Of a DNA stretch of 64,000 nucleotides, positions 54,971-64,000 are shown in pieces. Below the pieces are notes generated by a model. It was not told where the DNA came from. It did not search any database and was given only the letters and a program-made list of their open reading frames with translations. The position numbers and the translations under genes are program-made. Position 1 is the stretch's first letter. The number at the start of each line of letters is the position of its first letter. The stretch is from Spizellomyces punctatus DAOM BR117 (taxonomy: Eukaryota), in assembly GCA_000182565.2 (NCBI GenBank), contig KQ257457.1; one strand, written 5' to 3'.

Positions 54971-56238
54971 ATGCGCTTCTCGTCGATTGTTCCGCTGGCC
55001 TTTGGACTGCTAACTCTCCAAAACGGATTCGTCAATGCATTGCCCCAAGCTACTAGCACTACATTGGACCCTGCTCCCACAGTCCCAGCTCTTCCCGACA
55101 ACTATGAAACTCTCGCAGCCGTGGAGAAAAAAGATCTGATATGGGACAGGATTCAAGGTACATCTAATTCCTCGCAAAACTGGAATGGAATTGCGGAGAG
55201 TGCCTGGCTTTTGGCTACCCTACCTCCGAGACCTCCGTTCGATATGGCAAGTGACGTGATGGTTCCTGGACGGAAGAAGTTTATTCGAAAGTGAGTGTCA
55301 CTTTGGAGAAGTATCCTTTACTTCTACTTTAACACTTACATCCAGCCGCGGTGCGCACGCTCTCGTTAAACTTGTCCCAACCGAGGCTGCAAAACAATAC
55401 ACGGGCATCTGGGCTACTGGTGCACAAAACGGTCTTATCCGTCTGACGACGCTTGACGAACCCCCAAGCAACCCTAAGCCAGAGGACATAGTCATTGCCC
55501 CTGGTGGTTCCATCAAGTTCTGGCGAGATGGCATCCCTTCCACAAACTTATTTTTCATCTATAGTTTGGAAGGCCAGACCAGTTGGAATTACTTTGAGAA
55601 CCCGTGCAGCAACCATCTCGCGCCGCCCAAAGAGCTAAAGACCAAGGTTGGAAAGAAGGTATGTTACGCTGCCAGGTACAAATAGGTCAAAACAATGCAC
55701 TGATACGAGTTGTTGCTCTGGTAGTTTAACCAACGAGTTAGCCACTACTCAGAAATGACGGGAACCTCTGACTTGGCAAAGTTTACTGCCGATGGAAAAC
55801 CAGTTCCACAGCCCAAAGCACCATTCCAGATCTGGTTGGTGCCCGCAGCGGGGCTTAAAGCCAACCCTCCGCCGCTGGTAGGTTTCTCACTGTTCTGCGA
55901 GTCCTTTTTTTCTAAAATTACATCTCACACCATCTTGAAATTAGACACCCGAAACAGCTTCTGCCAATTTTGCATCCCACTTCAGCGCAATTCCCGAGGG
56001 GAGTACCATATACAGCATATGGGCTATCCCGGAGCCGCAGTCCCCGTATAAAGTGGACACCGTATACCACCCCGAAACCCTTCCCAACGCAACACACATT
56101 GCTGATGTGGTCAGCGAGTCCAAGTTCACTCCTAGTTATTACGGTGACGCGCATTTGCACTTTAAGCACACTTCCTTCGATTCCGATTTGGAATTGAGGC
56201 CTGAATGGCGCGAAATTGTTCGCAGTGTCCGTGATTAG
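54971..56238 (+). CDS. Secreted protein, possibly catalase-like heme-fold; about 4 exons
   Basis: Signal peptide MRFSSIVPLAFGLLTLQNGFVNA. Motifs FDMASDVMVPGRKKFI, YTGIWATGAQNGLIRL, IKFWRDGIPSTN, SLEGQTSWNYF and SYYGDAHLHFKH. Introns at ~55290-55345, 55659-55724 and 55878-55944. Confidence 0.65.
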
Positions 56239-56872
56239 TCTGTTTAGACATGCCAGAATTTTTTAGAGGCGCTGGACGCATTATTGTCAAGACATTTTCG
56301 TTCTTAGTAGTTAGTTTAGATTGTTAAGTGCTATAGATCTATGCCATATATAGATTCAAGAAAAGATGATTGCAGATTAAACACCACAAATCTAGTCTTG
56401 CCGCAATGTTTGAGTAAGATGGCCATGACCTGACGGGACTATATCATTAACCCAACCTTACCTTTATAAAGATTGTAGAATGTTTGCCCATGTGGGCTCA
56501 ATATTTACCTACTTCAAAGTTAGCTGAGTCGTTATATAAACCTTGGTTTTGGTGCCCAACCCACAGCAGTACTCGTAACCAACCCATGGCTCTCTTTACC
56601 GACATCTCGGCATGGTCGACGCCCTGAGAAGTTAACTATTGTTTAAGTTCCCACCCACTCGACTCATATTGGCCAGGCCCCCATCAAGGATGTCATTATG
56701 GTTGAACGTCGGAACATTGCTATTTCGCTATTTTTAGTTACTCGCCTACCCATCCAACGTGCTCCGGTTTGGCGCGACCACGGCACGGGATGGATTGGCT
56801 ACTGCAAGGGCCTCGCCATAGGCCTCTACGGCTCTCTTGTCAGACGGACCAGTTTAGACCTGTACGCAAATC

Positions 56873-58975
56873 ATGCCCTTCCCCTCGCTCCGCGCCTATG
56901 ACGAGCAAAACTGCAGCCTGCCCCGGCTTCCTCAACGGGGAGAGACAAATGTGTCTGGTCCACCCAAAGCCCAGCCTCCGCAGCCCAAATCCGGGGCACA
57001 AAGACGAGATAATGCCGGAACGTTTACAGGGGGTGCGGCGATGGATTTGTTGACGAAGGGGGTTGCGACAAAACCAAAATGGACAATGATCACCGGGGGG
57101 GCGAGTAGAACCAAAGCGGGTCAGAGTAAAGAGAATAAATTGTCGCCTGGCTTGTCAGATAGCCAGCAGCATCCTCAGCAGCAGAGTACAAAGGCGACGA
57201 AGCTGGATGCGGTGTCATTACTTTTGCGCCATACACAGCAAGAACATAATTCGTCTCACCGGGTACTTCCTGTTGATGCTAGCTCAGCATGGGATGCCCC
57301 CCAGGTGGATCATTATGATATTCCGCGGACGGACATGTGGCCTGCTACGCGTGTGCAGGACGTGGATGACATTTCGTCCAATTCCAATATATCTTTGAGC
57401 GATGGGCGATTTCCGAGTCCTGGGACATCGGCTGGGCGCTTGGACATCGGAAAGAAGAATGTGGACTCAAAGGAGAGTCCTCCTATTTCCAGTTCATCGA
57501 CTCCGTCGCCGCCGCAGCGGAGGCAGGTTCAATCGCGCAAGGAGGAGATTAACAATGATTTCGATAACCCGTCTCAGTTTTCCCTGGCTTCGGCCACTAC
57601 ATCGCCAGCGCCCCCGAAAACTGCCAAGAGTCCGACCAGTGCGGGCTCCGCGTCCCTTCGACGAGAGTCAAAAAGATCCGCAGCATTGAAACCGAAGCAG
57701 AAACGGGATGAGAATGAGCACATGCCGGCAGGACCGGCCAATCCGCTCAATGGAGTTATGACAGAGCCGCTAAAATCCGCCAAAACTCCTGTGCTTGAAA
57801 CCCGTTCATCCCGCGTTGAACGTGGTCTCAAAAAGCCGGAAGAAGCTAGGGAAAAATTAGAAGAAGGCATCACGATTGATGAAGCGGTTCGACTCCAAAC
57901 TGCTCGGCATTCTACAGGAATCAGTCGCCCCATCGAGCGTGCCGTGTCCGTCCACCAACGTGGACCATTTAAGTACGAATTGAATGATTTCGTACTGCAA
58001 AAAGGTCTGGGGCAGGGCGCATTCGCCAAAGTATACCTAGTCAAAAGACACATGGACGGACGACTATTTGCTCTGAAATCTATGAGAAAAGACCGTGTTG
58101 TCCACATGCGCCAAGTGCAGCACGTTCAAAACGAGCGGCATTTGATGGAAAAGATTCACAATCCCTTCTTGGTTGGGCTGGAAGCGACCTTTCAAGACTC
58201 GGGGCATATTTATATGATTATCGAGTATATGCCTGGCGGTGACTTGTTCAGTCAAATAAGGCGGTATGCATATTTTGAAGAACCTGTCGCGCGATTTTAC
58301 GCATCCGAGGTGGCCATGGCGCTGTCGTATCTTCACAGCGAGAACATTATTTACCGGGACCTGAAACCAGAGAATGTGTTACTAGATGCGGATGGACATA
58401 TAAAGTTGGGCGACTTTGGATTCGCAAAAGTCGTCGATGGAACAACGCGGACATTTTGCGGGACGCCGTCTTACATTTGTCCCGAGATTCTCATGCACAA
58501 GGAATATACCAGCGCTGTGGATTGGTGGTCGTTTGGTGTGCTATTATTTGAGATGCTTTCCGGGTGCTCACCATTCCAGGAAAGTACTGCACCAAAGACT
58601 TACGAACGCATTCTCCAAGGGCGGATTCAGTGGCCATCACATCGGTCAAAGTATTTTTCGCGGTCTGCAGAACACCTTATTACATCGTTGCTTGTGTTCT
58701 CACCCCATAAACGTCTTGGATGTGTGGACGAGAGCGAAATTCGAGACCATCCATTTTTTGCGACAGTGGACTGGAGGAAAGTCAAAAGTCGCAAACAGAG
58801 GCCGTTGATTGGTATTGGTAGTGTAAGAAGGTCATCTAGTTTTGGAGATGGCTTTTGTGCAGGTTCTGACGAAGATGGGGTTACCCAGTTTGAGATCAGT
58901 GCATGGCGTAGTGGTTCTTGGACTGCAGGAGGCGCGGCCACGCCGTTTTCTCCCGATTTGTTCAAAGATTTTTAG
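56873..58975 (+). CDS. AGC-family Ser/Thr kinase, PKA catalytic/PRKX-like, with a long disordered N-terminus
   Basis: GQGAFAKV, FALKSM, YRDLKPEN, DFGFAK, TFCGTPSYICPE, VDWWSFGV and C-terminal FKDF. Confidence 0.93.
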   Translation: MPFPSLRAYDEQNCSLPRLPQRGETNVSGPPKAQPPQPKSGAQRRDNAGTFTGGAAMDLLTKGVATKPKWTMITGGASRTKAGQSKENKLSPGLSDSQQHPQQQSTKATKLDAVSLLLRHTQQEHNSSHRVLPVDASSAWDAPQVDHYDIPRTDMWPATRVQDVDDISSNSNISLSDGRFPSPGTSAGRLDIGKKNVDSKESPPISSSSTPSPPQRRQVQSRKEEINNDFDNPSQFSLASATTSPAPPKTAKSPTSAGSASLRRESKRSAALKPKQKRDENEHMPAGPANPLNGVMTEPLKSAKTPVLETRSSRVERGLKKPEEAREKLEEGITIDEAVRLQTARHSTGISRPIERAVSVHQRGPFKYELNDFVLQKGLGQGAFAKVYLVKRHMDGRLFALKSMRKDRVVHMRQVQHVQNERHLMEKIHNPFLVGLEATFQDSGHIYMIIEYMPGGDLFSQIRRYAYFEEPVARFYASEVAMALSYLHSENIIYRDLKPENVLLDADGHIKLGDFGFAKVVDGTTRTFCGTPSYICPEILMHKEYTSAVDWWSFGVLLFEMLSGCSPFQESTAPKTYERILQGRIQWPSHRSKYFSRSAEHLITSLLVFSPHKRLGCVDESEIRDHPFFATVDWRKVKSRKQRPLIGIGSVRRSSSFGDGFCAGSDEDGVTQFEISAWRSGSWTAGGAATPFSPDLFKDF

Positions 58976-59246
58976 AAAGGTGTATGAGCCGGTCTTTTCA
59001 TAGAGGCAGCATTTGTAGCTAGGATCCCTATCTGTGATGGTTTTGCATAGTTGGATAGCTAGCATAGCCGTAAATCTATGTTCGACCGAATTATGACCAG
59101 CCAGCATTTTACCTCAACTTTCAATCCTGTGTGTTCAGCGCGAGACTAAGCTTGTCACGCTGTTGCCGTAGTGATAGGTTGGTTGTGTCACTGATCCTTC
59201 CCCCTCATGTCCGTTCGGACAGACGCCCTTCCTGCCCCGGTGGACG

Positions 59247-60373
59247 ATGTGGGGATATCTCGATCTCGCGATTCCGTCTCTTATCTCACTTGTCTCTTTC
59301 GCTGCATACACAGCAGTTAGTAACGAGCTGTCGTATCTTAGATCGGCAGTTCCGTATACAGGTTCGGAAGATGCACACCTTTTAAACAAGGAATACGTGT
59401 ATGTGGAAGGGACCGTTGGCCTCAGTGGGCAAGGCGGAATCCGCGTCGGTGATATCGAAGGAGTTTTATACGAGGTAAACATGATAACATATGAAATTAT
59501 TGGATATCATTCAACCAGTATCTTTTGCAGCATCGCCTGATTCGCCACTATTCAACATTCTCGGAAGTTTATGAGGACTGGCGACACCAGACTCAATCCG
59601 TTGGCACCATATTTAAGTCCGTCCCATTCTACATCCTCCGGAATAACAAGCGTGTTGCATTGGTTCCGAAATTGCATAGCCTACAACGGGGAGTAGATTT
59701 GACCGTGGCAACAACAGATTTCACCCCTCCGAATCTGAACCTTGGACAACAAGCTCTAGAGGTTTTAAGGGGCGAAAAGCACGTAGGGCTGGAAACTGGT
59801 GAGTCCCTGTTAATATTATGGCGAAAGGCGATAAATTTTGATCATGCCAACGGGAATTCCATAGTTGAGAAGATTCTTCCTGTTGGGGCACCTGTGACGA
59901 TCCTCGGACAACTGCGTCAAACAACACCGCCCTCTATTATTGTCCCCGAAAATCCCAGACTCCCCTACATTATTACCTGCTCATCCTTTTCAAGTTATCT
60001 ACGATCCCGTGCCACCTTTCAAAACATTTGCTGGGCATTTTCTTGCATCTCACTCTCCATCTGCTTTCTTGCGGCAGGGCGACGCATGTGGCTATGGTAC
60101 ATAAGACGGTGGCGTAAACGTGAGTACAAGCGGTTGAGGCAGATCAGAAAGCAGCGCGAAAGAGACGAGAGGAAGAGGCTGGAAGGTATTCCTGGAAGCT
60201 ATCCGCAGGCCCCAACGGAAAAAGATCAGTGCGTAATTTGTTGGGAGGAAAAGCGCGATACTGTTCTGTTACATTGTGGGCATTACATGTTATGCGGACG
60301 ATGTGCAGGAAGTTGCGTTCGATGTCCCATCTGTAGAGGGCCTATCATTGACAGGGTTCGAACCTATGACTGA
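59247..60373 (+). CDS. MUL1/MAPL-like E3 ubiquitin ligase (GIDE region, TM, C3HC4 RING), with introns
   Basis: YVYVEGTV, EKILPVGAPVTILGQL, a TM segment, and CVICWEEKRDTVLLHCGHYMLCGRCAGSCVRCPICR. Confidence 0.85.
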
Positions 60374-60563
60374 TTGCTGCATGTGACAATTGCAATCGGA
60401 TAATGTAATCGTGGCTTGTGATTGATCTGATGTAATATACCAGTGTGTGTCGGAGATGAGACTTTTGCCCGTCAACCATCGTTGCAAGCTCCCTATAAAT
60501 GTAACTTTCCAGATGACCTTTCCCGCTATACTTCTCCGGTGCAATAAGGCGTCCTTTTAAACC

Positions 60564-61840
60564 ATGCTTCGATCAAATAAAAATCAGTCTGCGCGATCAC
60601 CCGAACACTACGTCCTCATTTTCGTCCTCCTTGCTGTGGCTACCTTTACGGTGTACCTTGTTCTCACCCTTAATGCAACTTCAAAAGAACGTTATCTGGG
60701 TCATCGACCTTCCATAGTGCCATCAGAGGGATCGCGTCCATCGACTCTTCTCAACCCGTGCAACACGAGCAATAACAGGAATCCACATTTAAGAACTTTT
60801 GCAGAGAACCGAACGCCATTGTGCAACTGGAAAGTTTCGGAGGAGAAAAGGAGTTCCATTTTAATTGGCGTAATGACAATGGCGGGTAGAGTGTCCAAAC
60901 GGGCGGCAATTCGACAGACGTACGCCAGGGATTCCAATGGAAATGCTCGGGTCGTTTTTGTCCTTGGGAAAAATGGGAACCCGAAAGATGACAGACTACT
61001 GGAGGAGGAGGCCAACAGGCAAGTATGACAACAACAGCAAACAGGCATAGATTAGTGGCCGAACCATTCTTGAGCTTGAATTCGTGACGTTCATTGACAG
61101 TCGTTGTTTGAAGTCGGCCGTAACGGTGTTTACTCAACTGTATGGATTGGGTCTAAAAGCCTTTTTGACAGGTACGGTGACATCATGTTCCTCGACATTG
61201 AAGAAAACGGCGACGGGGGGAAAACATTCGAGTTCTTCAAAACCGCACATCAATTGTTTGGTCTCTGCCCGTTTACGTATGTAGCCAAGGCCGATGATGA
61301 TGTATGGTTCCATATCCCAAACCTACAAAAGCGGCTGGATAGTGTTGTTCAGTCCGCTAAGAAAGAAGGTGTCTATTACGGCATGTTGTTGACTTGGCAG
61401 AACGAAGAAAAGACGGATATTTTCCAGTACATGGCTGGTATGCTACATTTGGCCTCTTCAATCTCTTCAACCGTATTGACACTATTTCGCCGGCAGGTAT
61501 GATCACAGCCGTCTCCATGAATATTCTTGCCTGGATTATGACCGACCCCTTCCCATACGAAAACAGGTTCGGCCCAGAAGACTGGATGACAGGCATGTGG
61601 ATTCGGCATTTATGTGAGGAGCGCCGAAATAGCACGTCAAATTTCTTTGTTGCCGATGTATGTCCGTTCGCGGAGGGAATACCTCGCTACGTCTGCGAAC
61701 CTCCTGAAAATGCGCATGATTATTATTACCATAAGGAAGGGATTGTAGGATTTAATCATGGGCATGTGGTGGCAGTTCATCGATTGAAGGAGGATTGGCG
61801 CTTTTGTGAAGCGGATAAGATATTGCGAGCTGGTGGGTAG
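60564..61840 (+). CDS. Glycosyltransferase family 31 (beta-1,3-galactosyltransferase-like), type II membrane protein, 2 introns
   Basis: N-terminal TM. Motifs KRAAIRQTY, VVFVLG, YGDIMFLDIEENGDGGKT, YVAKADDD, YMAGM and PEDWMTGMW. Confidence 0.88.
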
Positions 61841-62076
61841 CTATGGTTGCATCTGCTGCTAGTTTGCGGTGAAGATATTGTCATAGGTGCTATTATTCTC
61901 GCTATATTGATACCTTTTATCGTAATATGGCCTATATGTAATATGTGCCTACTGTAATGATTCATGTATAATAATGGAAGCTATATACAACTCACGAGGG
62001 TGAATGATGCAGTGGATAATATATACAACCCGCAAACGTTATGGCAATGCATGCCTCCGCCAAAACTCGCCACCTC

Positions 62077-63900
62077 TCACTCTTCATTTCCAGAAGATCG
62101 TACGACAATGTCATCAGGGGGTGTGCCATGGTCATCCGGATTCGTCTGACTATGACCAGACCATAAATCAGGTAGATGTGCAGCTAGGTTGCGTTTTGGA
62201 GTTGCTATCGGTCGAGGCGTCCCCGGTGGAAGCCACGCTTGATCAAAGTCCAACGTATCGTCTGATGAAGAGGATTCACGTGTGCGGGCGGTACGGAAAC
62301 TCTCTGTTTGGGATGACAATGATTGAGACCTTTGCAGAAAACTGTGAGTTGGAGAGCGTGGAGCGGAGTGGAAATCCTCTGTGTCAATTGTCTGGGTTGA
62401 CGTTGAACTCCGTCTTTGCAGGACACTCTCGCTATCGCTAGGGAACTGCGGGACTGTGTGGAAACTTTCTGTTCCAATTGTCTTTGTTGATGTTGAGTTG
62501 GTTCTTTGGAGCGCCCTTTCGTCGTCACTTGTAGGGACGGGTCCGAAAGTTGTGTTGGACGTACGGGAGAGGGAGGATGTGGGTCGTATGGTGTCCGTTA
62601 TAGAAGCAAGCGAAAGAGTTCTAGCTAATTCTTGCTCATCGCAGGCGTGCTTCATGTTTCCCAATCTGCCGTCAAGTCCATCAATCTGATTCATCGCGGA
62701 ACGAGAAGCAAATGGGGCCACCGAGGCCATGGAAGCACGCATACTAGCACTGTCTTCAATATCTTCGACAAGGACCGAATGACGCTTCGTTTCACCCATT
62801 ACCAAAGAGGGAGTGGGCAGGGGATTTGCCTTGATGGGGGGCGGAGAAGAGATCGTTGACGATCGACCACTGTTGAGCATAGTACTCGTCATAATCCAGT
62901 CTAAGGAAGGATCTGTTTCTCTTCTAGTGCTTGGTGTAGAATCACCTTCTGCTATCGACGGTTGACCGCTGGGATGCATACTGGAGGCCCCTTCTTCTAC
63001 TGGCGATTTCGTTTTTCGCTTTTCACTCCTTCTTTTCAGCGTTATCAGCACGGCTAGAAGCCCACCGCAAATTACCAATCCAATAACGCTCAGGGCGACA
63101 ATAACGTGTTCTCCCAGTTTCGCAGAGTTGGCGGTACTCTCGGTGACAGCACCAGCAGATAGAGCTGATACAGATATTACCGCATCGCCAATAAAAATCT
63201 TTACTCCTTCACTGCCAGACAAAACGATGGGCGGCCTGAGATACGGTGACGACGGTGCTCCAACTTCTCCGTAGTTGAACCCCCACACCACATCCACGAC
63301 AGAATTGTTATTGACACTGTAAACCTTTACGCCACCCAAGCTTGAAACTAAGAATTGCGCTCCACCGGAAAACGTTACAACAGACTGATTTGAGCATCGT
63401 ATACCTCCTTCTTGGAGAAGCTTATCACTCAGCTTCCATCCTTCTACTCCCGTAGTGTTTGTGAGAGCAGTCAGTCGTCCATCATCGTACCCCGCATCAG
63501 TAAGACGCATGTTCACGCATGCGTATATCCACCCCATGGCAGCGTTTGCACCCACCAAAGCTTGTCCACCACCGAACGCAGGGACCTCCCATATCTGGCG
63601 CCAAGCCGACTCGGAGACATTGAACCCGCGAATCCATTCCCGAGCGACACCAAAAGCGATTCCACTCCATTCAGGTACAACGCGCAGAATCGGATCAGCG
63701 CCAAGCGTGGAAGGAGCGAACCCGGCTCCAATGGGTAATGTATTCCATGCAGCCGAGAATCCAAGTGAATTGCCCACCAAGTAGAAGCCTTCCGGCGTCG
63801 GTGCTAGAGAGAGTTGGAGGTGCGAAATGGGACTGAAGCCAATGGGTTTGCATTCTTGAATTGGAGGGTTTGATAAGAGGGTGTAGCGAAGGATGCACGG
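62077..63900 (-). CDS. Single-pass membrane protein (beta-rich, PQQ-propeller-like ectodomain; Ser/Thr-rich tail); 5' end outside the window
   Basis: Long ORF with TM VIVALSVIGLVICGGLLAVLITL followed by KRR. GRLTALTNTTGVEGW resembles a PQQ repeat. Confidence 0.7.
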   Translation of the reverse strand, partial: PCILRYTLLSNPPIQECKPIGFSPISHLQLSLAPTPEGFYLVGNSLGFSAAWNTLPIGAGFAPSTLGADPILRVVPEWSGIAFGVAREWIRGFNVSESAWRQIWEVPAFGGGQALVGANAAMGWIYACVNMRLTDAGYDDGRLTALTNTTGVEGWKLSDKLLQEGGIRCSNQSVVTFSGGAQFLVSSLGGVKVYSVNNNSVVDVVWGFNYGEVGAPSSPYLRPPIVLSGSEGVKIFIGDAVISVSALSAGAVTESTANSAKLGEHVIVALSVIGLVICGGLLAVLITLKRRSEKRKTKSPVEEGASSMHPSGQPSIAEGDSTPSTRRETDPSLDWIMTSTMLNSGRSSTISSPPPIKANPLPTPSLVMGETKRHSVLVEDIEDSASMRASMASVAPFASRSAMNQIDGLDGRLGNMKHACDEQELARTLSLASITDTIRPTSSLSRTSNTTFGPVPTSDDERALQRTNSTSTKTIGTESFHTVPQFPSDSESVLQRRSSTSTQTIDTEDFHSAPRSPTHSFLQRSQSLSSQTESFRTARTRESSSSDDTLDFDQAWLPPGTPRPIATPKRNLAAHLPDLWSGHSQTNPDDHGTPPDDIVVRSSGNEE

Positions 63901-64000
63901 CTGAAGATAGCCTGAACACACAAATGCAGCAAAATTGAGCAACTTGAAAAGACTTCAAGGCAAAAAAGAAACCCACCGTGCGTAACAGCCAGCGAAAACA

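Overview
Eukaryotic DNA with short GT-AG introns, probably from a chytrid fungus. The Fanzor protein and its right end closely match my recollection of Spizellomyces punctatus SpuFz1, so that species is the likely source (inference). The left 11.5 kb is a nested structure. A complete Fanzor1 transposon (eukaryotic TnpB-like RNA-guided RuvC nuclease; minus strand, 515-11548) has ~31-bp TIRs, TA at both ends, a CATA TAM at its left end and an apparently intact omegaRNA scaffold plus guide at its right end. Its ORF is broken by a full-length, apparently intact 8.8-kb Ty3/gypsy chromovirus (2302-11126, 4-bp TSD), a 52-bp perfect palindrome with a 5-bp TSD, and one TGA stop. Removing the two insertions restores a single 633-codon frame. 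Next come host genes: an OSCA/TMEM63 channel, an Hv1-like voltage-sensor protein, BET2, a large protein with two internal repeat types, and a BIRC6/UBE2Z-type E2. A ~17.7-kb gene-poor tract follows, with tRNA genes, tRNA-Cys-derived repeats, minisatellites and gene scraps. The right end is a gene-dense block: homeodomain TF, enoyl-CoA hydratase, alpha-dioxygenase-like peroxidase, secreted catalase-like protein, PKA-like kinase, MUL1-like RING ligase, GT31 glycosyltransferase and a partial membrane protein. There are two assembly gaps. All calls were made by eye; no searches were run.
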